Origin: a virus
Lineage: Duplodnaviria; Caudoviricetes
DNA: 62,343 nt
IMG/VR virus record: IMGVR_UViG_3300037851_000300
Location: 1-62,343 of that record
Reading direction: 5' to 3' (one strand)
Part shown: piece by piece, positions 9,901 through 18,808 of the stretch
How positions within the stretch are numbered: the stretch's first letter is position 1
Layout of the letters: each line of letters opens with the position of its first letter
Made by a program: the position numbers and the translations under genes
The notes under the pieces: model-generated
Databases searched by the model: none
Seen by the model: the letters and a program-made list of their open reading frames with translations, nothing else
Told to the model about the DNA's origin: nothing

Positions 9901-10685
9901 GCGTAATTAACGTCACAAAAAGATACGGAGGTATAGACATTTTATACAACAACATCCGTAAGCAAACATTTAAGGATGTGGAGGTTATAATTGCGGACGA
10001 ATTATACGCTGACCGTCAGCAAGAAGTGAAGGAATATTTCAAGGGGATACCGCTTAAACACGTCCCCACGCGCCCAAAACGGCCTCAGGACGTGTGGAAC
10101 CTAGCAAAGGCGTATAATGACGCCCTAAAGCAGGTAGAGGGTGAATTAGTGGTATCTATAGATGATTTCATATGGACACCCAATAACGCCCTGCAGAGGT
10201 TTTGGGAGGTATATCAGCAGAAGGGGTTGTGCCTTATCACTGGAGTAGGTAACAAAGCTGGATACCCAGAAATAGTAAATCCCACTGGTAAGATAACTAT
10301 TTTTAAGCAGGATTATCGCTCAAAACCACAGGGAGTGATAGAAAGAGATAACAGGATAGATGGTAGAACCAACGTAGAGGAAGTAAATCATAGTTTCTTT
10401 GAACTCGCCTACTCTGCCTTCCCAATGGACATAGCGAGAGGGATAGGTGGATTTGATGAAGAGACTGACCAGTTCTATTGTGGTCAAGATAGGAATTTCG
10501 CCCTTAGGTGTCACTTACAGGGGTTCCCAGTCTATATGGATAGGGGCAATGAGAATATTGGACTATTCCATCAAGGATTCCAGCCGAGACCATCAGATTG
10601 GGAAGAAAGACACTATAACAAGAATCCACGCGCCACTATGGACATAATAGAGGGTAAAAGACCCATAATACAAAAGTGGCTATAA
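9891..10685 (+). CDS. GT2 glycosyltransferase
   Basis: KQTFKDVEVIIAD, SIDDF, IGGFDE, QDRNFALR. Confidence 0.88.
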   Translation: MGISVINVTKRYGGIDILYNNIRKQTFKDVEVIIADELYADRQQEVKEYFKGIPLKHVPTRPKRPQDVWNLAKAYNDALKQVEGELVVSIDDFIWTPNNALQRFWEVYQQKGLCLITGVGNKAGYPEIVNPTGKITIFKQDYRSKPQGVIERDNRIDGRTNVEEVNHSFFELAYSAFPMDIARGIGGFDEETDQFYCGQDRNFALRCHLQGFPVYMDRGNENIGLFHQGFQPRPSDWEERHYNKNPRATMDIIEGKRPIIQKWL

Positions 10686-10699
10686 ACATTGTTTAACAT

Positions 10700-10867
10700 A
10701 TGCGACTTGCTATAATTGAAACAAATGATAAGGCTCAGGTCCTCCTAGAACTATCAGAGGATGAGTTTATCAAGAAACTCAAGAAATACTTTGAAGAAAC
10801 TGGCTCAATAGAGGATGCATTCAGGCTGGTGGCCAAAGAACTCAAAGATTTAACCATCAAACTTTAA
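10700..10867 (+). CDS. Small helical protein (55 aa), similar to 16133-16297
   Basis: Own translation MRLAIIETNDKAQVLLELSEDEF...; TAATG overlap with the next gene. Confidence 0.65.
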   Translation: MRLAIIETNDKAQVLLELSEDEFIKKLKKYFEETGSIEDAFRLVAKELKDLTIKL

Positions 10868-12456
10868 TGCCTGAAAGAAAAACTCCCATTATTGACCGCA
10901 ATGAGCACGAAGAGACGGGCGGTGTCTCTGTGCGTAAGGTGGGTAATTATGTATGGAATCCCAACTCTTTGGGCTGGGAAAGACAAACCGCCACAGCCGC
11001 TGCAGGAGATGGGGCTATAATAGATGGAGAGAACACATCCATAAGAGCCAGTGTTTCGTCTCTGGCGTCCTCTAACCCGCTAAATGTTTCCATAGTAGAT
11101 GGGAGCGGAGCACAAATAACCACATTCGGAGGAGGTTGGGAAAATATGGTTGATACTGGCAACTCAACCACTACACCTTTAGGTTCGTCTGGCACATTTG
11201 TTGGTACTGGGGTGGACTGCATAGAATATGCAAGTGTGGCCGTAACTTTAACATCAGACAAGAGTTCCACTACAGATGGTATGAAGTTCCAGTTTTCTAC
11301 GGATAACACTAACTGGGACGACACATATTCATTTGACTTCGTGGGTGGGACAACCAGAAGATTCCAGTTCCCAGTAACAGCAAGATATTTTAGGGTTAAT
11401 TTTGAGAACACTAATTCTGCTCAAACATATTTTAGGGTTCAAACTATACTACACAAGACGGACCTCCTGACGTCCATACATAGGATGGACGCGGATATAA
11501 AACCAGACAGGTCTGCGACCCTAGTTAAGGCTGGCTTAATTGCACAGATAAATGGGACAGGAGACTTTACTCCAATACAGGCTAACGCAGCTGGTGTTCT
11601 AAAGGTTGGAGGCTCTGTGTCCCTAGATGCTGGTACAAATAACATAGGAGATGTAGATGTCCTGACGATGCCAACAGTGACAGTCACGTCTACGAATCTT
11701 GATGTAAGGGATTTACTATTCGCCTCCGATAAAGTAGATGTATCTGGCTCATCTATATTTGCCTCCCAGGCGGGTACATGGAATGTAAATGTCTCTAATT
11801 CTTCTATCTATGCCATACAATCTGGTACTTGGGCTGTTACTGCTAATGCGGGTACCAACCTGGATACGTCTGGGTTAGCTCTAGAAACTGGGGGTAATTT
11901 AGCTACAATAGCTGGAAAAGATTTTGCCACGCAAACTACCCTAGCTGCTATAAATACAAAACTTGTAACTGGTACAGATATAGGCGATGTTACTATCAAT
12001 AATGCCTCGGGCGCAGCTGCGGTTAATATTCAGGATGGAGGCAATACCATAACCGTAGACGGGACAGTTAATGCTAATGCTACGCTGGCCGCTGAAACAA
12101 CTAAGGTTATAGGGACGGTGAATATTGCCGCCGCACAGACTATAGCCACCACCAACGCTGGCACATTTGCAGTTCAGCAAACCACTTATTCATCTTCATC
12201 TGTAACACAAGTATCCTCCTCGGCAAGTAGCGTGCAGTTATTAGCTTCTACGGCTGGAAGAAGGGGTGCATATTTCTTTAATGATTCAACCTCGGTAGCT
12301 TATATTAAACTAGGGACAACGGCGGCCACAAACTCATATACCGTTAAAATGGCAGCTGGTTCGTTCTATGAACTACCGTATCCATGCTATACTGGTAGAA
12401 TAGATTGTATTTGGGCATCGGCTAACGGCGTAATGGCAATAACTGAAATAACATAA
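10867..12456 (+). CDS. Ser/Thr-rich virion fibre/decoration protein (ERKTP paralogue 1)
   Basis: Beta-rich modular sequence sharing blocks with 16311-17333. Confidence 0.65.
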   Translation: MPERKTPIIDRNEHEETGGVSVRKVGNYVWNPNSLGWERQTATAAAGDGAIIDGENTSIRASVSSLASSNPLNVSIVDGSGAQITTFGGGWENMVDTGNSTTTPLGSSGTFVGTGVDCIEYASVAVTLTSDKSSTTDGMKFQFSTDNTNWDDTYSFDFVGGTTRRFQFPVTARYFRVNFENTNSAQTYFRVQTILHKTDLLTSIHRMDADIKPDRSATLVKAGLIAQINGTGDFTPIQANAAGVLKVGGSVSLDAGTNNIGDVDVLTMPTVTVTSTNLDVRDLLFASDKVDVSGSSIFASQAGTWNVNVSNSSIYAIQSGTWAVTANAGTNLDTSGLALETGGNLATIAGKDFATQTTLAAINTKLVTGTDIGDVTINNASGAAAVNIQDGGNTITVDGTVNANATLAAETTKVIGTVNIAAAQTIATTNAGTFAVQQTTYSSSSVTQVSSSASSVQLLASTAGRRGAYFFNDSTSVAYIKLGTTAATNSYTVKMAAGSFYELPYPCYTGRIDCIWASANGVMAITEIT

Positions 12457-14000
12457 TGGCATACTATCCACCAGAGCTTAATACATCTCAGTATGTCGCT
12501 TCTGTGCAGGGCACTGCTGGTAATATAACTTTTTCCAATTCTAATGGAATAACTTTTGGGGGAAATAATTCCACTATTACTGCCAGCCACAATGCCCTTA
12601 CTACAGCGGCACAATCTAATCATAGTCACGGGAACCCCACGCTCAACCTTACCAATCTCTCTGGCACGACAGGTTCTAATTCTGCTGGATTTACGCTGTC
12701 ATTGTCAGCGGCAGCTCCTGGCGGTGGGGGACTTACAAACATCAATGTTTCCGCGGGAACTACGAGCAACAACCTGTCAGCGATGACGTTCTCGAACTCG
12801 AACGGAATCTCGTTTGGGCTTAACGCTTCTACAATCACCGCTTCACACAACGCACTTACAACTGCGGCACAGTCTGACCACTCGCACGGGAACCCCACAC
12901 TAGCGCTAACCAACCTTACGGGGACAACTGCTAGTGCTTCTAACGGTCTTACGATATCACTTTCCGCTGCACCTCCAGGAGCGGGTGGTGGGTTCGCTGC
13001 CCAGGGTTCGGGAACATATACCCAGAATACTGGCACGATTCAATTCGCTAATTCGAACGGAATCACCTTTGGACTCTCTACGAACCAGATGACTGCAAGC
13101 CATAACGGTCTTACGACCGCCGCGCAGTCAGACCACTCACATGGGAATCCTACGCTAGCATTGACAAATCTCACTGGCACAACGGCCTCTGCGTCGAATG
13201 GGTTTACTCTTTCGTTGAGCGCAGCAGCCCCTGGCGCAGGTGCGGCACCAGTTGTTTCGCGTTATCCGACAGCGGATATGTACTACGGAAATATCTCGTC
13301 CGCACCGCTCTATGCGGGAACATCAGGCTCAACAGGAGGCTCGACACAGTTCACCGTATCAGGTCGTGTGTGGTCTGAGGCTATCCCGTTTGACATCCAC
13401 TACAAGGACCTAGATATGGCTGCAACAATGTCGGCTACAGCATCTGGGACTGGTTCAGCGTCCATTTACCATGCCTTTGGGATTTACACGCTCAATGGGA
13501 ACACAGTCCTTAGCCGTGTAAGCTCCTTCTACCACGGGCAGCATATGAGCCAGAACAGTATTACGGCTCGTACCCACTATGCATGGTGGGGTTCAAACAG
13601 TGCGGCGAATACAACAACAGCTAACGGCAATATCTCAGCATCATGGTCTGGGTTCAGAAGGTTTGACCTACATGATTCTGATGCAACGCTTTCAGCTGGG
13701 AACTACTTCTTCGCACACTTTATGTACCAGAGGTCGTCAGCTGCGAACGTATTCTCCCAAGCGGGTATCGCCCATCGCACTGCCTCGCAAACTTCTGGCT
13801 TCAGTTACTTCGGGACTAATACCTTCGTACAGCCATTTGGCACACGTGGACTTGGCATCTTTTCTACGACAACTAATACAAATACCATCCAACTTGGCAT
13901 ACAGATGCCAGCAAGTATCGCTACATCTGCCATCACGGGAACTGGTGGTTCGTCGCAGAACCTTCAGCCATTCTTCTGGATGTATAGAAACGCAACATGA
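12456..14000 (+). CDS. Repeat-containing fibre-like protein
   Basis: Three ~67-aa FSNSNGITFG...HSHGNPTL...SLSAAAPG repeats plus a C-terminal globular domain. Confidence 0.7.
   Translation: MAYYPPELNTSQYVASVQGTAGNITFSNSNGITFGGNNSTITASHNALTTAAQSNHSHGNPTLNLTNLSGTTGSNSAGFTLSLSAAAPGGGGLTNINVSAGTTSNNLSAMTFSNSNGISFGLNASTITASHNALTTAAQSDHSHGNPTLALTNLTGTTASASNGLTISLSAAPPGAGGGFAAQGSGTYTQNTGTIQFANSNGITFGLSTNQMTASHNGLTTAAQSDHSHGNPTLALTNLTGTTASASNGFTLSLSAAAPGAGAAPVVSRYPTADMYYGNISSAPLYAGTSGSTGGSTQFTVSGRVWSEAIPFDIHYKDLDMAATMSATASGTGSASIYHAFGIYTLNGNTVLSRVSSFYHGQHMSQNSITARTHYAWWGSNSAANTTTANGNISASWSGFRRFDLHDSDATLSAGNYFFAHFMYQRSSAANVFSQAGIAHRTASQTSGFSYFGTNTFVQPFGTRGLGIFSTTTNTNTIQLGIQMPASIATSAITGTGGSSQNLQPFFWMYRNAT
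12522..13235 (+). repeat. Three coding repeats of ~200 bp
   Basis: Near-identical peptide units with diverged synonymous sites. Confidence 0.9.
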
Positions 14001-14725
14001 TAAAACCGCAACTTGTTATCCAAGACTTTGGGGGTGTCAAGAACAAAGATTTGAAATCCACATCTGCAGCACTCTTGAAGGGTGGTAGTTGGAAGAGGCA
14101 ACGTATTGTGGTAATTCTCCCCGCTGGGGAGAGTATCCCAGCCAAGGTGGCTCTTTCACATTGGAATCTTGTGTTCCCCCCCAACAATGGGGTGGTAAGG
14201 ATTCTTGCGCAGGGGATGGAGGTGGGAGACGCCTACTCGGTTGCCATCGAGCAGATTATAGCCCATCCAGAATTCTCAAATTGGGAATACATTCTGACCA
14301 TTGAGCATGATAATATGCCACCACAGGATGGGGTTATTAAACTTATAGAACAGATGGAGAATCATCCAGAACTGGACTGTATCGGAGGCCTCTACTTCAC
14401 GAAAGGAGAGGGTGGCGTGGCCCAGATATGGGGTGACCCAAAAGACCCAGTGTTGAATTTTAGGCCACAGCCACCAGACCCGAATGGTGGGTTGGTGGAG
14501 TGTTGTGGAACTGGGATGGGGTTCAATCTTTGGAGAATGAAAATGTTCAAAGATGACAGACTCAGGAAACCATGGTTCAAAACCCTGAACGGCAAGAATG
14601 GAGATGGGGTAGGGACACAAGACTTGTATTTTTGGGGAGATGCAAGAAAGTATGGTTATAGGTGTGCTGTGGATTGTGGAGTAAAGGTTGGCCATTATGA
14701 TAATATAAACGACATAACATGGTAA
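13997..14725 (+). CDS. GT-A-fold glycosyltransferase-like protein
   Basis: ILTIEHDN, IGGLYFTK, GTGMGF, TQDLYF, VKVGH. Confidence 0.8.
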   Translation: MIKPQLVIQDFGGVKNKDLKSTSAALLKGGSWKRQRIVVILPAGESIPAKVALSHWNLVFPPNNGVVRILAQGMEVGDAYSVAIEQIIAHPEFSNWEYILTIEHDNMPPQDGVIKLIEQMENHPELDCIGGLYFTKGEGGVAQIWGDPKDPVLNFRPQPPDPNGGLVECCGTGMGFNLWRMKMFKDDRLRKPWFKTLNGKNGDGVGTQDLYFWGDARKYGYRCAVDCGVKVGHYDNINDITW

Positions 14726-15246
14726 AAGAAACTAAACAACTTAAGATAGACCTAGGGTGTGGCCCTAACAAAAAGGAGGGATTTTATGGTGTAGATAGTA
14801 TGAAGTTTAAAGGTGTAGATAAGGTAGCAGATTTAACTAAAAAATGGCCATTTAAAGATAATAGTGTAGACGAGGCACACGCCTCGCATGTAGTAGAGCA
14901 TTTTGACGCCAAGGATAGGATACATTTCGCCAATGAGCTTTATAGAGTTCTAAAGAAAGGAGCAAAGGCAACAATTATAGTCCCCCACTGGGCTTCCATG
15001 AGGGCATATGGAGACCTAACACACAAATGGCCGCCCATATCAGAGTTTTGGTTCTATTATCTATCAACCGAATGGAGGAAGGTAAATGCCCCACATAATA
15101 CTGGATATAAGTGTGATTTTGATGTAACTTGGGGGTATTCTATGAGGCAAGATTTGGCCGTGAGGAATCAAGAATATCAGCAATTTGCCATGGCTAATCA
15201 CAAAGAAGCATGCCAAGATACAATAGCTACGTTTGTTAAAAAATAG
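14719..15246 (+). CDS. Class I SAM-dependent methyltransferase
   Basis: IDLGCG, SHVVEH, ELYRVLKKG, DLTH. Confidence 0.88.
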   Translation: MVKETKQLKIDLGCGPNKKEGFYGVDSMKFKGVDKVADLTKKWPFKDNSVDEAHASHVVEHFDAKDRIHFANELYRVLKKGAKATIIVPHWASMRAYGDLTHKWPPISEFWFYYLSTEWRKVNAPHNTGYKCDFDVTWGYSMRQDLAVRNQEYQQFAMANHKEACQDTIATFVKK

Positions 15247-15247
15247 T

Positions 15248-15595
15248 ATGGACGCAATCAAATATAAAAAGCTGTTTGAATACTTCGATGTTCCGCCAGA
15301 GCTCCGTTCCGATGTGAACATTGTCAAGAAAGTGGAATATATCCATAATACCCTTGAGGGTTTAGATGAAGACCAAATCTTCCAAGTCCTCAAGAAATAC
15401 GATGTTATTGGCACCAGCCAGGATAGGTTAGGAGCCATATGGAGACACTTCAAATTCGGAGAGCTAACAAAGGAGTTTATAAGTGAAGTTAAAACGGGGA
15501 GTCCATACTCGCTGTATAATGTCGTTGAAACAATGGTAAAGCCCCAGGAAACGCAAGCAGAACTGCCTGAGGGAGTCACAAAATGGAGCCTTTAA
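15248..15595 (+). CDS. Hypothetical protein
   Basis: ORF in operon; ATG at 15248. Confidence 0.6.
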   Translation: MDAIKYKKLFEYFDVPPELRSDVNIVKKVEYIHNTLEGLDEDQIFQVLKKYDVIGTSQDRLGAIWRHFKFGELTKEFISEVKTGSPYSLYNVVETMVKPQETQAELPEGVTKWSL

Positions 15596-16176
15596 AAGAA
15601 ACCATCCAAAACAGCATCTTAAGTTTTAAATCAAAAGTATTACCCTCTACTCCAGCAGAACAGCCGATGAATATGGAGGGCGGAATACTAAAGTTGCACT
15701 CTTTATATGATTTTTTTAACCTAGACTTTGGCTCGAGGACGGCCAGAGAATCTCAGGAAATCAATAGAAAGCTAAGGGTGGTAGAGGATTATGTAGAAGA
15801 CAACTTTGATGACATGTCAGCTGGATTGGTAGAGCTTAGAAATAAGTTTGGTGCCAATCCGCTGGATGTCACACTATTAGACCATTTTTATCATAATATA
15901 AAGTACTCCAATACTTCATTCCAGAATCTACCCAAAGAGAAAAAAGAAGACGACTACAAATCCCGCATCTCGGAGGCTCAAAACAAGATGGAATCCTTGA
16001 GGAATGAGATTAGGGAAGGTATGGAGAAGATGAAAGAAGCTAAGGAGCTGGAGAAGCTCACGTCTAGGCTCGCTAAGTTAGAGGAGAAAAAGACAAGGAA
16101 CGAGACACGTTTAAATGAATTAGTTCAAAAATATGGCCAAGGGCAACCTCAAGATGGCTCTGATATACGAGGATAA
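15583..16176 (+). CDS. Hypothetical protein with C-terminal coiled-coil
   Basis: ORF in operon, K/E-rich tail. Confidence 0.6.
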   Translation: MEPLKETIQNSILSFKSKVLPSTPAEQPMNMEGGILKLHSLYDFFNLDFGSRTARESQEINRKLRVVEDYVEDNFDDMSAGLVELRNKFGANPLDVTLLDHFYHNIKYSNTSFQNLPKEKKEDDYKSRISEAQNKMESLRNEIREGMEKMKEAKELEKLTSRLAKLEEKKTRNETRLNELVQKYGQGQPQDGSDIRG

Positions 16177-16297
16177 TGAAATCTTCGTTGTACTAGAGCC
16201 AGAATTACTTGTAACAATATTGAAGCAGGAACCCGACCCTGAGAAGGCTCTCGCCCTCATAGAGGAGACCTTAAAAAAAGCGGGTTTTAAAAAATAG
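16133..16297 (+). CDS. Small helical protein (54 aa), similar to 10700-10867
   Basis: Own translation MAKGNLKMALIYEDNEIFVVLEPE... Confidence 0.6.
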   Translation: MAKGNLKMALIYEDNEIFVVLEPELLVTILKQEPDPEKALALIEETLKKAGFKK

Positions 16298-16310
16298 TCA
16301 TCACAATTAG

Positions 16311-17333
16311 ATGGTAGAAAGAAAAACCCCCGCTATAGATGCCATTGAGCACGATGGTTCAACCCCAGCAACAAAAAGAGTATTGATGTATGGTTGGGAT
16401 GGAAGCAATAAGGTAAGATTAAAGACCGACTCAGAAGGAGCTCTCGGTATCTCTGCAACTTTAACTGGAGCAGATGGAGCCATAGTGGATGGTTCAAATT
16501 CTAGTCTAAGAGCTAGCGTTTTGAATTATGCAGCCTCCAAACCATTAGCCGTAAGACTCACAGACACCGATGGTAACTATGTGGCCCCAGCGTCAGGTTC
16601 TTCAATATATGCCCTCCCTGGTGGCACATATGACGTTCAAGCTACTGATTTAGATATAAGAAACCTAGTATTCGCAACTGATAAGGTTGACGTGTCGGGC
16701 TCTTCGATTATTGCATTTCAGGGTGGTTCATGGACTGTCGGACTCCCCGCTAACGCCGCCACTGAGACCACATTGTCTTCTCTGAGAGCATCTCTATTAG
16801 ATGTTGCGACCCAAACAACCCTCTCGGCTATCAATGCCAAGTTAGTTACAGGAACTGACATAGGAGATGTCACAATCAATAACTCCACGGGTGCGGCCGC
16901 AGTCAACATACAAGATGGTGGTAATACAATCACCGTAGATGGGACTGTAACCGCAAACGTAAGCGGTGGTTCACTCAGAGCATTCATAGATGTCACCCCA
17001 GGAGGTATCTGGAGTGCCTATTCAAACGCCTCACTGATAAATACAGCTGCTTTAGTCAAGGGTGCTTCTGGAGCATTCGGAGGATATTACGTCTATAACC
17101 CAAATTCTACCGCCGTATATTTGCAGGTATTTAACCAAGTATCAGCATCTTCTGTTACTGTAGGTACAACTACCCCCGACTACTTCTTCGGAATTCCAGC
17201 AACAGCTGGTGCTAACCTTGAATTCACTCAAGGGGTGGCTCACACAAATGGAATAGTTATTGCGGCAACTGGTGGAGCGACCAATAGCTCACTAATGTCC
17301 CTCCCGATACAGGCATCTGTATTCTACAAATAA
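16311..17333 (+). CDS. Ser/Thr-rich virion fibre/decoration protein (ERKTP paralogue 2)
   Basis: MVERKTPAID start; 44/48-identical block shared with 10867-12456. Confidence 0.65.
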   Translation: MVERKTPAIDAIEHDGSTPATKRVLMYGWDGSNKVRLKTDSEGALGISATLTGADGAIVDGSNSSLRASVLNYAASKPLAVRLTDTDGNYVAPASGSSIYALPGGTYDVQATDLDIRNLVFATDKVDVSGSSIIAFQGGSWTVGLPANAATETTLSSLRASLLDVATQTTLSAINAKLVTGTDIGDVTINNSTGAAAVNIQDGGNTITVDGTVTANVSGGSLRAFIDVTPGGIWSAYSNASLINTAALVKGASGAFGGYYVYNPNSTAVYLQVFNQVSASSVTVGTTTPDYFFGIPATAGANLEFTQGVAHTNGIVIAATGGATNSSLMSLPIQASVFYK

Positions 17334-17351
17334 CCCACTTACTCATATAAT

Positions 17352-17987
17352 ATGGCATGGACATTTGAAGAAACATTTGACTCATTAAGTAATGGAGACC
17401 TAAGTGGCCAGAACTCTTGGAGTGGAAGTACTAAGTGGCAGGTAGTTGGGTCTTCACCAACTCCTGCAGATGGGGCTAAGTGTGTTAATGGGACCACGAA
17501 CGCTGACTATAATCAGCAGTGGGCTTATAGAGATATAACTGCCGTAACCGAGGGGACAGTATATGTCTCTTTACTGAGAAATACGTCTGGAGGTTCAGAT
17601 AAGAGATGCTATTTCAGATTACAGGAGGGGTCAACAGTGGTTACAGAGGTTAAACTTATAAATAACCCGCCTGATGTACATGCAGTTACGTCAGGACCAA
17701 CAAACCAAACTATCGCAACTGGGTTGTCTGATGATACATGGATAAGAATCGGGATATGGTTTAATGCATCTACTGACAAAGTCAAGTTTAATGTTAATGG
17801 TGGGACATGGTCTGCTGAATACACAGCATGGAATGCATTTTCTCAGGTGGATAGAATCGGAATATCGCCAGAGGACAATAATGCATCGTCTGGTGGATAT
17901 GTAGCTGTAGATTCTATTAGTCCAAACTATACTATCTCCTCCACCTCCACTACCCCATCAAGGCTTGGACTCCTAGGTGTCGGCTAA
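17352..17987 (+). CDS. Beta-sandwich (lectin-like) putative receptor-binding protein
   Basis: FDSLSNGDLSGQNSW start, aromatic beta strands, LLGVG end. Confidence 0.5.
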   Translation: MAWTFEETFDSLSNGDLSGQNSWSGSTKWQVVGSSPTPADGAKCVNGTTNADYNQQWAYRDITAVTEGTVYVSLLRNTSGGSDKRCYFRLQEGSTVVTEVKLINNPPDVHAVTSGPTNQTIATGLSDDTWIRIGIWFNASTDKVKFNVNGGTWSAEYTAWNAFSQVDRIGISPEDNNASSGGYVAVDSISPNYTISSTSTTPSRLGLLGVG

Positions 17988-18073
17988 TTGGCCGACAGGG
18001 GAGTTGCCCCATGCCGAGTGCGGAGTGATGACCCGCCATGGTATAGGGCAACCCTTCTGTTCATCAATTAAAA

Positions 18074-18808
18074 ATGGCATACAACACGCTTTCTGATGCA
18101 TTCCAAAACGCCAGATTCAGGACTGGCACTACAACTACAGATTTTGCAGACACAAGTGGTCCGTTGATTTCGCTTGCAAATAAGCACTTTAGGCGGATAG
18201 TAATGTCACTCATCGACAACAATGAAGACTGGTTCGCCAAAATATCCCCCGCGTCCCTCGTTAGCAGTCTATCTGCGTATAATCTTTCTTCTGATTCTGG
18301 TACTAGTGGTGGGGGTAATATTAAGGTCCTCAGGGTAGAAATAAGCTATGATGGGGTGAATTGGTATGTCGCCTCTCCAGTGGATTATGAACAGATAACC
18401 CCAGCCACGGCCCTTAATTCAGACGTGAATGATTACTTCTCTACCGACGAGCCCAAATACGCTATATTCAATAATCAGATAATGCCCCTACCAGTACCCA
18501 CGCAAAACGTCCCTGGTGGCTTAAGGATATTCGAAGTGGTGCGTAGAAAAGAGATATCTGGCTCTTCAATACAATTCATGGATTCAGACGACACCATGAC
18601 CATACAGCTTCCCAAGGAGTTTATGGAGCCCCTCGAAGACTTTATAACCGCAGACATATACGAAAGAATAGGTAAGATGCCAGAAGCCAAGGAATCCAAA
18701 AAGACTGGCGCAGAGAGACTTGAACAACTTAGAAAACAATATACCCCACGTAATAATGACTTTGACTTGAATATGTCAACGTCTGCATATGACGACTATG
18801 GCGACTAA
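18074..18808 (+). CDS. Head-tail adaptor (P22 gp4/T7 gp11-like)
   Basis: ARFRTG..LANK helix, PKYAIFNNQIMPLPVP, LPKEF; precedes the nozzle gene. Confidence 0.7.
   Translation: MAYNTLSDAFQNARFRTGTTTTDFADTSGPLISLANKHFRRIVMSLIDNNEDWFAKISPASLVSSLSAYNLSSDSGTSGGGNIKVLRVEISYDGVNWYVASPVDYEQITPATALNSDVNDYFSTDEPKYAIFNNQIMPLPVPTQNVPGGLRIFEVVRRKEISGSSIQFMDSDDTMTIQLPKEFMEPLEDFITADIYERIGKMPEAKESKKTGAERLEQLRKQYTPRNNDFDLNMSTSAYDDYGD

Noticed and set aside
10689-10716. Sigma70 promoter with TGnTATAAT
   Set aside because: The -10 box lies inside the coding ORF 10700-10867 and the -35 is weak; not enough support
12522-13235. CRISPR-like array
   Set aside because: Repeats are long, in-frame coding units without spacers; no cas operon
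11926-16949. Diversity-generating retroelement TR/VR pair
   Set aside because: Both copies are coding, differences are mostly at synonymous sites and not adenine-specific, and no reverse transcriptase is present
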